This document shows, piece by piece, positions 10,907 to 22,993 of a DNA stretch of 64,000 nucleotides. The stretch covers positions 24,947 to 88,946 of the forward strand of contig CAWGVG010000048.1 in NCBI GenBank assembly GCA_963825865.1. The letters are read 5' to 3'. The DNA is from an uncultured Nitrososphaeraceae archaeon. Lineage in GTDB: Archaea; Thermoproteota; Nitrososphaeria; Nitrososphaerales; Nitrososphaeraceae. Made by a program: the position numbers and the translations under genes. The notes beneath the pieces are model-generated. The model was not told where the DNA came from. It saw only the letters and a program-made list of their open reading frames with translations, and did no database searches. Positions within the stretch are counted from its first letter, which is position 1, and every line of letters starts with the position of its first letter.

Positions 10907-11755
10907 ATGCAAGAACGAAAAAATGTTGCACTTGTTACTGGTAGCTCAAGAGGCATAGGATTTGAAACATCCCTCTTGCTAGCAAGGGCTGGATTTCATA
11001 CGTATGCTTCTATGCGTAACCTTGAAAAATCCAAAAACATAACAGAAATAGCCAGTACTGAAAAATTACCATTGCAAGTTGTTCAGCTCGATGTCAATGA
11101 TGACAGGTCTGTCAAAGATGCAATCGACAAAATAGTAGGAGCAGAAAACAAAAGAATCGATGTATTAGTAAACAACGCAGGATATGGACTTTTTGGATCT
11201 CTTGAAGATATATCAATAGAAGAGATAAAAGCACAATTTGAGACTAATTTTTTTGGAGTAATACGTGTAACACAGCAAGTTCTTCCTGTCATGAGGAAAC
11301 AAAACAGCGGCACAATAATAAATGTAAGTTCGGTTGGAGGGCGTATAGGTGTTCCTGTTTTGTCTGCCTATCAAAGTACAAAGTTTGCATTAGAAGGTTT
11401 AAGCGAATCAATGTCATATGAACTGGAGCCATTTGGAATTAGAGTAGTTATAATTGAACCCGGTTTTATCAGAACTAACATTATAAACTCAAGCACTTCG
11501 GCAAAAAAGGCTCTAGGCCCCAAATCACCATATTTTTCACTGATGCAAAAAGTAGAGAACCACTTCAAATCAATGATGGAAAATGCATCGTCTCCGCCAG
11601 AAGAAGTAGCAAGGGTTATACTACAAGCCCTAACATCTGAAAATCCACAACTAAGATACACTGTAGGTAATGACGCCGCTACTATAATACAAGCAAGGAT
11701 GAATATGCCTGACAAGGATTTTCGAAAAATGGTAATTCAAAACTTTTCATTATAG
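10907..11755 (+). CDS. Short-chain dehydrogenase/reductase
   Basis: TGSSRGIG, NNAG and YQSTK catalytic motifs. Confidence 0.95.
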   Translation: MQERKNVALVTGSSRGIGFETSLLLARAGFHTYASMRNLEKSKNITEIASTEKLPLQVVQLDVNDDRSVKDAIDKIVGAENKRIDVLVNNAGYGLFGSLEDISIEEIKAQFETNFFGVIRVTQQVLPVMRKQNSGTIINVSSVGGRIGVPVLSAYQSTKFALEGLSESMSYELEPFGIRVVIIEPGFIRTNIINSSTSAKKALGPKSPYFSLMQKVENHFKSMMENASSPPEEVARVILQALTSENPQLRYTVGNDAATIIQARMNMPDKDFRKMVIQNFSL

Positions 11756-11803
11756 TACTGCGAGTTAAAAAGTCCTTTTATATAATCATAAAGCCCAATC
11801 AGT

Positions 11804-12461
11804 ATGAATAAAAAGATACTAACTGTCATTATTATAGTAGTAGCTGCAGTAGCAATACCTTTTTGGTATATACACTATTTCTCCGTTGTTTACTAGCAAC
11901 ACAGTAAATGAGCTCTTACCAACAACTGCTGCTATTGTAAACAATTAGGCGGCAGTACAAGAGTATCAAAAATTCATTTCCATGAATGAACAAGATAGAA
12001 TGAATGCTGCTAAACATATGAATCAAACGGAGAAAAATATGGTTATGATAGGAGCTGATCAGATAAATAATACTATTAATGAAAATGCCATGATCCTGGG
12101 AACAATCAAACAACAACAAGTCAATGCAACCATTACCTCCAAAATAAGGACTGGTACTTTCATTGGAGCTGGTGACGGATTTCACAATACAGAAGGATTA
12201 GCAAAAGTAATTCCCTTAGGACAAGGAAGTATCGTCATCAGATTGGAAAACTTCAATTCTAATAATGGACCTAATGTTCATCTTTATATGTCTACTGATA
12301 AAGCTGCCTCAAATTTCATAGATCTTGGAAGGTTGAAAGCAAATAACGGAAATCAAAATTACAATATACCTAATGGAACAGACCTAGTGAAATATAATAT
12401 GGTTTTGATATGGTGTAAGAACTTCTCTGTACTGTTTGGAAGCGCAGAACTAAAGACATAA
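11804..12461 (+). pseudogene. DM13-domain secreted protein with a disrupted 5' end
   Basis: Signal peptide MNKKILTVIII at 11804, then a frameshift and an in-frame TAG near 11947. DM13 motifs GPNVHLYMS, DLGRLK..GNQNY and VLIWC..FSVLFG are intact. Confidence 0.8.
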
Positions 12462-12618
12462 CTTGAGAAGAAACCATTCCTCAAAGTGGATATAACCACG
12501 CCAACAGGTGTTCCAGAGAATATGGATCTCCTTCCTTTGATAATTTTTAAGTTCCATATAAAAAAGATTCTAGTAAAGCTAACAATTCTTTACGACAAAT
12601 ACAAAAAGAATATACTGA

Positions 12619-12774
12619 TTATTTCTCTTCCTTTTCTGTGAGAATTTGGTAGTTCCCCTTTTGCATGTGTTCTAGTAATACATGCCGTTGCATATCGCCC
12701 AAGCTATCAAATTTTGTATTACATAACTTGCATGTAATGCTGTGCTGCTCTAGTAATGCATCTTCTTTGGACAT
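12619..12774 (-). CDS. Small C2H2 zinc-finger protein (51 aa)
   Basis: Manual translation MSKEDALLEQHSITCKLCNTKFDSLGDMQRHVLLEHMQKG...; below the ORF-track length cut-off. Confidence 0.75.
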   Translation of the reverse strand: MSKEDALLEQHSITCKLCNTKFDSLGDMQRHVLLEHMQKGNYQILTEKEEK

Positions 12775-13288
12775 ATTGCCTGCTGCCTAGTATATTGGTA
12801 ACACCGGTAATAAATGTTATAAAAATTCATCGTAGATATTGAACCCTAAAGTATGTCGAAAAATGATAATTCTTTATGGTTTTTTTTATGGTTATCTTCT
12901 TCCTCAGATTCATGAAGATCTTTTGTAAACGGCGCAAACACATTCCTACAAACAACAAATAAGCATTTGTTTCAAGGTCTAAATCCAGGAGGGATTTATC
13001 AAGCGATATGGTATTGATAACGATGGTTTGTTAGAACAAAGCCATAATGTTTTGACTCTATCTAAGATAGATAGATCTAGGAATTTAATGAATTCATTTC
13101 TTTTCTCTAGTATATGTCTTATTGTTCTTGGCACTATCTGTGGCCCAGTTATCACAGCTTAGATTTTTGTTGAACCAATTAGGAATAGTCATAAGTACAT
13201 CAAGAGAAACTATTTTTCCTAGGTCTTATTTTGTGGTGTATCTGAAATGCCAGTTTCAGTTTATACACGTTAATAAAACACATAGATA

Positions 13289-14428
13289 TTGAACATCCAG
13301 GCAAACTATACTATCCAACCCATCCTTATGGTGTTTTTGCACCACAAGGACAAACGGCACAATTCAGATTGCAAAGAAAATATAGAAAAGGTCATTAAGA
13401 TCAGAAACGTAAAGTCAAAAATATCTATGGACAAAATCCAAAAGGCTATTCTTATTTCTATAATATCAATAGCAGCAGTATCTTGGGTATTATCTAAAGA
13501 TCAATTTGATATGATGAAGGCTATGATGACTAATGATCCTATTGCACTTTCATTATTTACTGCTAGTTGGACAGTCGGAATGGCTGCAATGATGTTTCTA
13601 GCGATAACGCCAATGGTTTTGCTTTACAATAGATTGATAAATCGCGACAACGATGCTGGCGATGGAAGAGGTGATATTAAATCATCATCACAGTCTTCGA
13701 TAGTTATCGAAGGTAATGATAAGAGCATAAGAGATAGGAATAGATCATTTTTTGCTAATGCTGCAAATATGGTATTATTTGTCGGATCTTATCTTGTAGT
13801 CTGGGCTATAACAGGAATTGCACTTTTATTTGCATGGTCAATTCCAATGAACTATTTTTTTATACATTTGCAAAGCTATCATAATCAACAATTACAAATC
13901 GTGTATGGAATCATATTGATCATTTCTGGAGTATATCAATTTAGTTCGCTGAAAAGAAAGTGTCTTGGATACTGTGAATCTCCACTGAGTTTCTTTATGA
14001 GAAGGTGGAGAAGCGGAGCTTTTGGCGCAGTAAAGATGGGAACGTACCATGGTCTTTACTGCCTTGGATGCTGTTGGCCTTATTTTCTTCTTATGGTGGC
14101 TTTAGGTTGGATGAATCTATTATGGATGGGATTGTTTGCAGGTATTATTTTTGGAGAAAAGATATGGCGTGAAGGCATATGGATTGCGAGATCTGCAGGA
14201 ATTGGGTTTGCAATTGTTGGGATTATGATAATTAGCGGGATGATAACAATTCCTACTACGCACATGGCTGGTATGAATATAGATATGAAATCTAATAATC
14301 TAGGGGATAATTTGAAGAAAGACAGCACGATTGGAATGAATCATAATATGATCGATAATATGGTGGCTTCTAAAACGAATATAAACAAGAACAAAACCAC
14401 AACTATGCAAAATATGAAAGGTATGTAA
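13289..14428 (+). CDS. DUF2182 predicted metal-binding integral membrane protein (likely start MDKIQK near 13427)
   Basis: W..GMAAMM, YQFSSLKRKCL..C..P, GLYCLGCCW..., GWMNLLWM, EK motifs; Met-rich tail. Confidence 0.88.
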   Translation: MNIQANYTIQPILMVFLHHKDKRHNSDCKENIEKVIKIRNVKSKISMDKIQKAILISIISIAAVSWVLSKDQFDMMKAMMTNDPIALSLFTASWTVGMAAMMFLAITPMVLLYNRLINRDNDAGDGRGDIKSSSQSSIVIEGNDKSIRDRNRSFFANAANMVLFVGSYLVVWAITGIALLFAWSIPMNYFFIHLQSYHNQQLQIVYGIILIISGVYQFSSLKRKCLGYCESPLSFFMRRWRSGAFGAVKMGTYHGLYCLGCCWPYFLLMVALGWMNLLWMGLFAGIIFGEKIWREGIWIARSAGIGFAIVGIMIISGMITIPTTHMAGMNIDMKSNNLGDNLKKDSTIGMNHNMIDNMVASKTNINKNKTTTMQNMKGM

Positions 14429-14817
14429 CATATGAACCATACATTGGAAGAATAGCTTAAGATGTTGCCAAATCAGTCAACTTATCACCTGCTACATACA
14501 AACGTGAAAAACAGTCTATCGTTTTGGATATTCTGATACTTGGGGTTGTAATAACTGCAAACAAAAATGTGACAAGTGGTTTATGCATAAGCATTTTTGT
14601 AAAGGTCTATTAAAGTGATCTCTGACCACTAGGTCAAAGTCAAAATGTACTCCAGTCTACAAGATGCGTAGAAATCAGTCTTCAGTCTTTCAGAAATATC
14701 CCTGATTCTGTTTTGCTTTTCAAAAGGTAATCGAAAGTGTAACCTATCACTCTAAGTACAACAGGTAGTTAACGATAGCACACCAATTTTAATAAGGATT
14801 ATCAATACTTTATCTCA

Positions 14818-15462
14818 TTATGGTTTGTATCCTATTAGAAGTGCCATCTCGAGCCATTTCCAATAACAATCTACATCTACAAATCCTATCTCTTTAAGCC
14901 AGTTTAGCTGCGTTTCCATAGGTAATAACTTGTCGGACTTTCCTTCTATTTGCGGAGTATAGCCAATAGCTTTTAGAAAACGCATATGAAGTGCTATAGA
15001 GGGCGATGGTACGTGTTCAAGATTGCAAAATACACCTGTTTGATTCAGTATATCATAAATCTCTTCATATAGCGAGCGTTTGCGTTCATGCTTTAAGTGA
15101 TGAATAGCAAAGCTTGAGACAACTGCATCAAAATAACCCAGATCTGATGGCAAAGGATACTTAAAGTCATGTTCAAGCACTTTAACATTAGGATCGTTTG
15201 CAAAATGATCTCGTGGAGCTTTGAGCATAGTTGGAGAAACGTCTAATGCTACAGCCTCTAAATTTGGTCTATTTATCTTTAACAATCTTATTAACCGTCC
15301 ATCTCCTGTACCAAGATCAAGAATTCGTTTTGCTTCATTAGGAATATGCTCTAGAAGTACGGCCTCACCTTCTGTGCGATGTGGAAGATGGTCTTCTACA
15401 TTCAGATATGCTAGAGCATGTTGAACAGAGGACCAGTCCTTTCCAGACTGACTTTCATTCAA
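14818..15462 (-). CDS. Class I SAM-dependent methyltransferase
   Basis: ILDLGTGDG, FDAVVSSFAIHHL and VDCYWK motifs. Confidence 0.92.
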   Translation of the reverse strand: MNESQSGKDWSSVQHALAYLNVEDHLPHRTEGEAVLLEHIPNEAKRILDLGTGDGRLIRLLKINRPNLEAVALDVSPTMLKAPRDHFANDPNVKVLEHDFKYPLPSDLGYFDAVVSSFAIHHLKHERKRSLYEEIYDILNQTGVFCNLEHVPSPSIALHMRFLKAIGYTPQIEGKSDKLLPMETQLNWLKEIGFVDVDCYWKWLEMALLIGYKP

Positions 15463-15741
15463 AGTAGATTATTGTTCTTTACAAAGATCTATATAAATAA
15501 ATCATTCAATTTCCATCAAATGCTAACTAATTCTGTTCAATAAGATATGGAACTGAACGACAAGCTGGGCTGTTGAAATCGATTAAACCCGGTAATAATG
15601 GCAGTAACAATACGGGTTGATGCTAGCCTTGCTATTGCATATTCACATAGATTATACGATCAATATTTGGATCTCGTAAAAACATTATTCTATAGTGAAT
15701 AGGTTTTTGTTTCATTGTTGATATTTTTATTTATTAATAAT

Positions 15742-15972
15742 ATGGGCCATGGTATTGATGTGTTAGAAATCGCGACTGGTCTCAAAGACGCATTAATAAA
15801 TAGTGGACTTACTATTGAATCCATACTTAATTTTGGACCCGTAGAAATTGCCTCTATACTTGGAATAGACGTCTATGTAGCAAAAATTATCTTTGACGCA
15901 ACCAAAAATGCTGTTAATAATAATGGTTTTAAAACACAACAAAATAATGTGATCGAATTAGAGCATATATAA
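15742..15972 (+). CDS. Hypothetical small protein
   Basis: Protein-like ORF (GLKDALINSGLTIESIL...EIASILGID.YVAKII) with a helix-hairpin-like pattern. Confidence 0.55.
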   Translation: MGHGIDVLEIATGLKDALINSGLTIESILNFGPVEIASILGIDVYVAKIIFDATKNAVNNNGFKTQQNNVIELEHI

Positions 15973-16097
15973 GTTCATTTGCAAATTTTTCATCTTGTTA
16001 CTATCGATATTATATGAGTTGTCCTTGAAAAGGTATATTTTCAAGCATATTGTATTTATAATTTTGACTGTAATCACAAAGGAGAGATAATAGGGAA

Positions 16098-16842
16098 ATG
16101 CAACTAGTTCAGATATCAGATATCCATATTGGAAGTTTTTTCAAACAAGAAGTCTTTGATAGCGTAGTCGATGAGGTTAACAAACTAAAGCCAGATGCAA
16201 TAATCATCACAGGTGATCTTACCGATGAAGGTCTGCTATTTCAATTTGAACACGCTAGTGAAGAAATAAAAAAATTCAATTGTCAGAACCTAATAGTTTT
16301 GGCAGGAAATCATGATTACCGCCATACAGGATACTTAGTTTTCAAGAAGTTTTTTTCTACTTCAAAACAAATTTATGAATTCGATGATGCAATAGTCCTA
16401 ACTCTAGGAACTGCTCGGCCTGATAGAGATGAAGGTGAAGTAGGATATAGACAGAATCTATGGATGGAAAAGACTCTGAGCAAATATAACAATAATAAAA
16501 CAAAGATTATTGCAATGCATCACCATTTAATTGGAATTCCTGATACGGGTACTGATAAAATCATTATCCTTGATGCAGGCGATACCCTGAGAGCGTGCCT
16601 TCAATCTAAAGTTAGTTTAGTTCTATGTGGTCATAAACATAGACCATGGGTCTGGAAGTTAGGATCTTTGGAAATTGCATATGCTGGTACATGTAGCATC
16701 AACACGCTTTAGAGGTTTTTTCGAAAATTCATACAACATTATAGAGATTAAAGATGGAAAAACAAATGTTGACATAAAAATAGTAGGTGGCAAAAGATTT
16801 CCTCTTTTAGATCTAGTTGAAAAATACAAACCATATTTGTAA
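16098..16842 (+). CDS. Metallophosphoesterase (Icc/CpdA-like), frameshift near the 3' end
   Basis: SDIH, TGDLT, GNHD, HHH and GHKH motifs. The frame continues STRFRGFFENSYN after a shift near 16695. Confidence 0.88.
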
Positions 16843-17383
16843 AGCTGATCGTGTTGTTTTTAATATAAACAAAATTTGATAGCTTTATAGCGTATCTAAC
16901 CACACCGAAAGAGGAAATCTATTTGGTTCTGTTTGACCAGCCAAAAAAAGATTTGTATGAGTTTGTCAATTTTTTATATTTTTATATGTTTGGTTATCTT
17001 GCATTTGCACTTACTATATTACTTGTGTTAATGTCAATACCACGTTGACTGCATGAGTAGGTTGTATCACCACCAAAGATACATGCTCGCTCTTCGGGTA
17101 TTGCCTTGTAAATTTGTGAGCTTGCGGTAGCCCCTACGTTTGTAGATACAGTATTGCCACAGGTGTTATCTAGCTGTGCTGCCTCATCATATGAATCTCC
17201 CGTAGATGCACTTGCACATGGTTGGTGCCGTACCTAGAGCCTACCATATACTTTTTCCAGTGATGCCATATATTGAAGGCCAGAGCTTTGCCGAGATTTC
17301 AATCCGTGAGACTCGATGAGCCCACAAGTCATTCTCAAGCTTGCACTGGAGCTCAAGATGGCTATATCTGCCGTTTCAATTCT

Positions 17384-18430
17384 AGATCTCTTGCGTAATT
17401 AGGAGCTATAGTCTAACACCCTACTTGTTTTAGCCGTCTTCTTAGATTGAAATGCTGTCAGACTGTATAACTCTGAAGTTCAGGAGACCGGATATTATAT
17501 CAGATACGTTATTGTACTTCCTTAATCTGTTTCTAAATTTAGTACCCATTATTCCAAACTTTTTGATCCTACATATGGTATGTTCTACTATGATCCTTAG
17601 CCTAGAATGATTCTTGTTGTAAGTTCTTTCATCACATGAAAGCAATGTACCCTTTTTCTTTTTGATACGAAGTACAGACTTTACAGTGGGAAAGTCCTTT
17701 TCAATGCCAAGATAACCAAGATCAACTATGTTTTCAACTTGTGATGGAGTTATAGAATGATTGTGTTTGTAAATGTCATAATCATGTTTTCTTCCACTTC
17801 TGTGACCTGTCTTATGCAGTATCAATCCTTCACTGTTTACCATCAATTGTGTCTTGACAGTATGTTTCTTCTTTCTACCTGAATAGTAACTCTTCCTTCT
17901 TCTTTTGTTCTTAGGTCTTGGAATTTCTTGTTCTGTAGAGTCTATGAAAGCCTTGAATCCAGGAAAGTAACTCTTCTACTTCATCTATAGTTCTTAATCT
18001 CCTAGTACGTTTGTATATCTTCTTTGGCAATGGAATACACTCCTTGATAAGTGGTTCCATCATTGATATATCTCTACAAACATTGCTTTGATCAAGGTCA
18101 AACAGAAATCCTGATAATGTATATGTAATGTATAATCTGTAGTATACTAGAAGCATAACGAATCTTTCTTTAACTTTAAGCTTAAATGGTCTACCAGCAC
18201 CTATATCCCGTATTCTCGTCCTTGATAGAAGACGTCTTCTTTCGTGCTCTTCGTAGTTATGTTCAATTTCGTTACAAATGGATTCAAATTCAGATACAGT
18301 TACTCCGGTAAATGACCTGAATATCAAAGGTTTCTTACATAATTTGCTATAGGACATCAAAGAGCTTGTCAGATAGATATCCTATGTGAAGAGGAATATA
18401 GCTCTAAGCTTCTAATTACACAAGAGATCT
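17384..18430 (-). mobile_element. IS5-family (ISL2-like, DDE_Tnp_4-type) insertion sequence
   Basis: 24-bp imperfect TIRs AGATCTCTTGCGTAATTAGGAGCT / AGCTTCTAATTACACAAGAGATCT. No perfect target-site duplication. Confidence 0.88.
17442..18360 (-). pseudogene. Transposase (HTH + DDE), frameshift near 17970
   Basis: FRSFTG, GAGRPFKL, LVYYR; after the shift IDSTEQ.IPRP, YSG.KK.HT.K, DLGY.G, R..VEH.I. Confidence 0.88.
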
Positions 18431-18610
18431 TAATGTTATTTCATCTCCCCAAAGCATTTGTGGTTATGGGAAAATAGTTATATAATTTCTGTTAAAGAAT
18501 CATTTAATGACAAGAGATCTCAAATACGAATGATATTATTAAACGATACATACGTATAATAAATGATACGTTATGCATCGTTGCTAGATACTATAAATAT
18601 AATGCATCGA

Positions 18611-18758
18611 GATAGAATCCTATAGTATTACGATTTAAACCTCGCTGTTCGCCACATCAATCGGCCAGTGGGTACATTGCTATCCTATAGTATTACGATT
18701 TAAACTCCCACATGTCAAGGAACTGGTTGGTAATTATATCAAATTGCTATCCTATAGT
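18611..18758 (-). CRISPR. Orphan CRISPR mini-array: 30-bp repeat, 2 spacers
   Basis: Repeat ATTGCTATCCTATAGTATTACGATTTAAAC is complete at 18676-18705, degenerate at 18611-18640 and truncated (16 bp) at 18743-18758. Unique spacers of 35 and 37 bp. The reverse complement GTTTAAATC...GATAGCAAT resembles archaeal type I-B-associated repeats. Confidence 0.8.
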
Positions 18759-18938
18759 GCAGGATAGCCTGTAATGAGCGGTATTAAATATTCTGCATGA
18801 TAAAAAAGCATGAATAAGTTGTCAGGATCTATAAAACCTTGAAGATCTGATATGCTGATACTACCTTTTGTTAAAAGTGGAACTGCCTTGGAAGCTATTT
18901 CAAAGTCGGTTGGAGCCTTTTTAAGGTTACCAAAATAA

Positions 18939-19345
18939 CATACATATCCATGGTATGGCCTGAAGAGAAATTAATGACGTATAATTTCTATGATAAAATG
19001 GATTCTACGAATACTATCGACCATCTAGAGAATCTCAAGACAAACATTATGAAAAATGATTGGTGGAAAAGACTTGTACTGATATGGGATAACGCTTCAT
19101 ACCATGTAAGCCTAATGGTACGGAATTATATCAATACACAGAAAAACTGGATGACCATAATCCACCTACCAAAAAAGGCACCATACCTTAATCCAAATGA
19201 AAGAAAAGTAAACCAGCAGATAAAGTCAGATGTATGTGCGAATAGATTCTATGAACATATAGAAGAACAAAAAATTGCAGTATTAGAATATTTAGACAAA
19301 CGATTTGGTAGATGGGATGACGACATTGTTTATGACACTTGACTT
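18939..19345 (+). mobile_element. IS630 3' fragment
   Basis: Highly similar to 57247-57660; WDNASYH and P..AP.LNPNE motifs; same ...ATGACACTTGACTT end. Confidence 0.85.
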
Positions 19346-19485
19346 CATTATCGTGGTGTACCCAAACAATACTTTCATCTCTATATAAAGGAAATAGAAT
19401 TTAGATTCAACCACAGGGATGAAGATCTCTTCCAGATACTTGCAAATATAGTGGCAAAAGCTGTTCCAAATTCTTAGGTATTACC
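19345..19485 (+). mobile_element. IS1595-family transposase C-terminal remnant
   Basis: Reads HYRGVPKQYFHLYIKEIEFRFNHR...*, typical of the IS1595/ISXO2 C-terminus. Confidence 0.7.
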
Positions 19486-20140
19486 TTATATTAAAGCAAA
19501 AAAGACCATTGTATTATACTCATCTGTAATTATATGGGCCTCAGAATCATGTCAATTTTGGTTTACACTGCCTTGGGCAAGTCAATCCTAACATTCAGGC
19601 CTTATTCTGGTAGAGATTATCGAGCAGTCATTAAAAACAGAAAACTTTAAAGCTAGCTGCTCTATCTAGTAGATTAGAATCCTTTTTTAGTAGCGATTTC
19701 ATTGCGGAAACCTTCGAGCCCGCTACGATATTAGTGCTTTTTAGCTCCGATACTTTGAATACTGAATGTTTGTAAACCAAAAATTCACTTATGATAATAG
19801 CTGTAAAGCTCATTTTGAAAAATATAGAGATATGTTTATCAAATATAACTCGCGTCTTGAATAGGACTCTAATTTCTGTTCATTTTACGAGTAAAGACAG
19901 AACCAAAATAGTAGGTATAGTGTTGATAGCAATTTCATTTATTACACTTGTTCTCTGGATTATTTGGTATTATAGGTTTGAAAAAAATGCAACCGGGCCC
20001 AAATATGCTACTCATCTTCAATCTTAACAACAGTTAAAAAAAGAAACGATTCACGGCGCAAATAAACTATTTACAGCATATCAATTGAACGTGAGTTGTC
20101 TAAATTAAAATAGAAGCTTTACTACACCAAACACTGTGCA

Positions 20141-20470
20141 ATGGCTGATAATGAAAAATCAGAACAAAAAGAAAAAGAGCCGCAAGATGTGGAATTAGCT
20201 ACTTGGCGTAAGAAGATAGAAATAATAGGCATCGATATAAAAAGCCTGGATAAAGAGAACGAAACAGGACGACTCAAATTAAGAACAATACTCATGAACC
20301 AGCATTTTACAAACGAATTAGATAAAATGGGCCTGCAGCTCATAAAGATAACTGCAGGAAGAATCTTTACTCATGGACTTGTAGGACTCTTAGAGCCAAA
20401 AGTACAACCTACTAGAATGTTAAAATCAGGTTTAGCAGAAGAACGACATCAATATGAGCAGAAGATATAA
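20141..20470 (+). CDS. Hypothetical protein
   Basis: ATG-initiated 109-aa ORF with protein-like composition; no family recognised. Confidence 0.55.
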   Translation: MADNEKSEQKEKEPQDVELATWRKKIEIIGIDIKSLDKENETGRLKLRTILMNQHFTNELDKMGLQLIKITAGRIFTHGLVGLLEPKVQPTRMLKSGLAEERHQYEQKI

Positions 20471-20869
20471 ATAAAAAATAAAAAAGCGGGCTACTATCTC
20501 ATTTTCATTCCCAGATTTTTTGATGATGCATTACCTTGCTCGTCTGAATTGTGTTCAAATAGCCTTATAATTAAAGGTTAAATTATGAAGAATATACATA
20601 TGATAAATCATATTCATATAGTATTTCTAAGCTGCAATTATGACAAATCATATAATGTGCTGACCTAAGTAAAAGAATAACTTCTGGTAACTTTGACATA
20701 TGTGGAAAGAAAAAATTAGATCAAACATCTATATAATAGGTATGGTCGTGGGATTAGCTCTGGTTAGCAGTCTATTTGTGATTCCGCTGCATGAACACTG
20801 GTAGATTCGTCCAGACACTAATTTTTTCACAAAAATAAAGATTACATTAATAATGTGGATATCTGGTAC

Positions 20870-20980
20870 GGTTCATTTGAAAACGAACCTACTAATGCTG
20901 CCTGGGGAGAAAGGCATTTTCACATAAGAGAACAAGATGGATATCAGCTTTCATTTGTAAAACCTATTGAAAATTGTCGT
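20870..20980 (+). pseudogene. VOC/glyoxalase C-terminal fragment
   Basis: EPTNAAWGERHFHIREQDGYQLSF matches the VOC P....WG.R.F...DPDG pattern. Confidence 0.65.
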
Positions 20981-21252
20981 CGTTTTACAAATAAGGTAAC
21001 CTATATTTCCCTAGGAGGTTATGCTAACGATGCAAGAGTTGTAGCAGTCAACCAAAATACGAACATAGTATACGTAGGTGCATTAGTCAATGGTTATACA
21101 AGTATCGTTGCTATCGCCAGAGTTTATTGGCAATTATTTTACCTTTTGGTATTATCTACGTATATATAAATTGTTTTTCATTTTTATTACAAATAAACCA
21201 CAATAATTTCGGAAAAATGTTTTTTAATATAAAAGATTAAAAGATATTCTAC

Positions 21253-21581
21253 TTGTCTAAATAGCTGTAATAATTCCTCAAAATGACGTCAAACGCATTA
21301 GTGATGCTTTGAAAAAGATTAACGTTGGCGGCATTACTATTTAAAAGTCAAAGGCAGAGGTAAGACTATTGCAGAGAAACTCCACGCCTCTAAAGGAACA
21401 GAAATGTACACGCCCGAATTTGGTGACAAATACAAACTTGAAGTGGTGGTACCTGACGATAAAGAAAAGGATACAATCAATATCATAAGAGCAAATTCTA
21501 AAAATGGGAAAGATCTTTATCTGGCCAATTGCACGTGCAATTGACATCGAATCAGGTGCAGAAAATGAAGAGGCGATTTAG
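21253..21581 (+). pseudogene. P-II family regulator with three 1-bp frameshifts
   Basis: Reconstructed IAVIIPQNDVKRISDALKKINVGGIT-LKVKGRGK...SKGTEMYTPEFGDKYKLEVVV...GKIFIWPIARAIDIESGAENEEAI*. The shifts fall in A/T runs. Missed by the ORF track. Confidence 0.85.
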
Positions 21582-21969
21582 ATAGAAAGAACAAGAATCT
21601 GTGCAGGCTGCATTACAGCTCTTTTCAATTTGTTAATTTCGTCTGCATTCTATGTCATTAAGCTATGAACCTTTACAGAAATGTTTTACCATATAAAATT
21701 CAATGAAGAGGCTATGCAAAAATTACCTCCGAGCATTGCGGTACAAATAGCTTAATCAGTATGGAAAAATGGGAGTAAAGATGTAAAGGAATTGTATAAA
21801 AATATCAAAGCTAGCAACTGCAAAAGATACAGAAGAAGATATAAACAGATTGATAATTATTCATCAGTTCTAAGACTGGCAGAGAATTTAATTGATAAAT
21901 ATCGTATGACAAGAATTAGAGCTTGCTGGTACAACTACATTTAAGGTATAGCTTATTAAATATGAGTTT

Positions 21970-22308
21970 ATGCGAACTGGTGGTTTGAATGACATTTTGA
22001 AAGCTTTGTTAGATAATGATAACAAGGGTATTTCAAATCAAGAATTAATACGGTTACTCCAGAAGATTGAAAACGATGCAACAGAAATATATCATGCTAA
22101 ATATGCTTTAGAAGAAAAGATTAAGTTTAATATTGATTATGGCAACAATTCAAATACTAATCTTGTTGGTCTACAAGACGTAAAGTCACTTGAGTGTATT
22201 AGAAAATCTATCAAGAAAAATTTAGATTTAATGCATGAAAATATAAATACAATTTTTCTATCGTATTTAACGCAATGTGGAGAAGGAGACACCAGCAATG
22301 ATATCTGA
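21970..22308 (+). CDS. Hypothetical helical protein
   Basis: 112-aa ATG ORF; no family recognised. Confidence 0.45.
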   Translation: MRTGGLNDILKALLDNDNKGISNQELIRLLQKIENDATEIYHAKYALEEKIKFNIDYGNNSNTNLVGLQDVKSLECIRKSIKKNLDLMHENINTIFLSYLTQCGEGDTSNDI

Positions 22309-22362
22309 TACAGCTTTTTGTTTCTTTAGATCCTTGGCCTCGTCAGGTAAAGCATCCAGAAA

Positions 22363-22489
22363 AACAGCAGCAATAGCAGTCAGGATTATACCGCTTCCTA
22401 TACGTATGGACTAGAACAACAACAGTACCTCATCACCGGATTATAATACCGAGGCTAACATAGCTGCCATAGTAGGTGAAGCTGAAAGA
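22363..22489 (+). pseudogene. C-terminal remnant of the HTH/coiled-coil family (paralogue of 32959-34011)
   Basis: QDYTASYTYG...QQQ...SSPDYNTEANIAAIVGEAE matches QDYTVSCMYGQQQQQSSSPDYNTEDNVSIIVEEAE. Confidence 0.75.
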
Positions 22490-22993
22490 TACATGTACAT
22501 ACTTCATAAGCTCGTTTTATCGAACCTGTAGGATTTTGAATAATTTCTATGCTAGTCGGTTCAACGCCTTCTTCAATATCTCCTATTCTACCTTTAGCAT
22601 CGATTCCATTTTTTCATAATTCTTCAAATATATAACTTACTAGCAGAAGTGTTACCTATGTTTGTAAGTTAGTTTTTAAGTAAGAAACGTAATGCACAAG
22701 TAATGAAGCTGCATGCACACAGTGTTGTAACTATAAAATATTAACGGAAATGTCCTGTAAATTAATAGTTAGTGCTTGCGCTTATCCTATTATACTGGAT
22801 TTTAATGTTTTAGAGGTATTTCTAAGATGAACGTATCAAGGTTCGTTCTATTTACTTTTGCTGGTTCTATTATTTGGAGTCTTGCTCTAACACTTATAGG
22901 CATAATGACTATTAGTACACACGGTATTGCTTTTGCATGCTGATGTATAAATTGAAAGACCCGTTTAACTGATATATAGATAAAATCCAGAAA

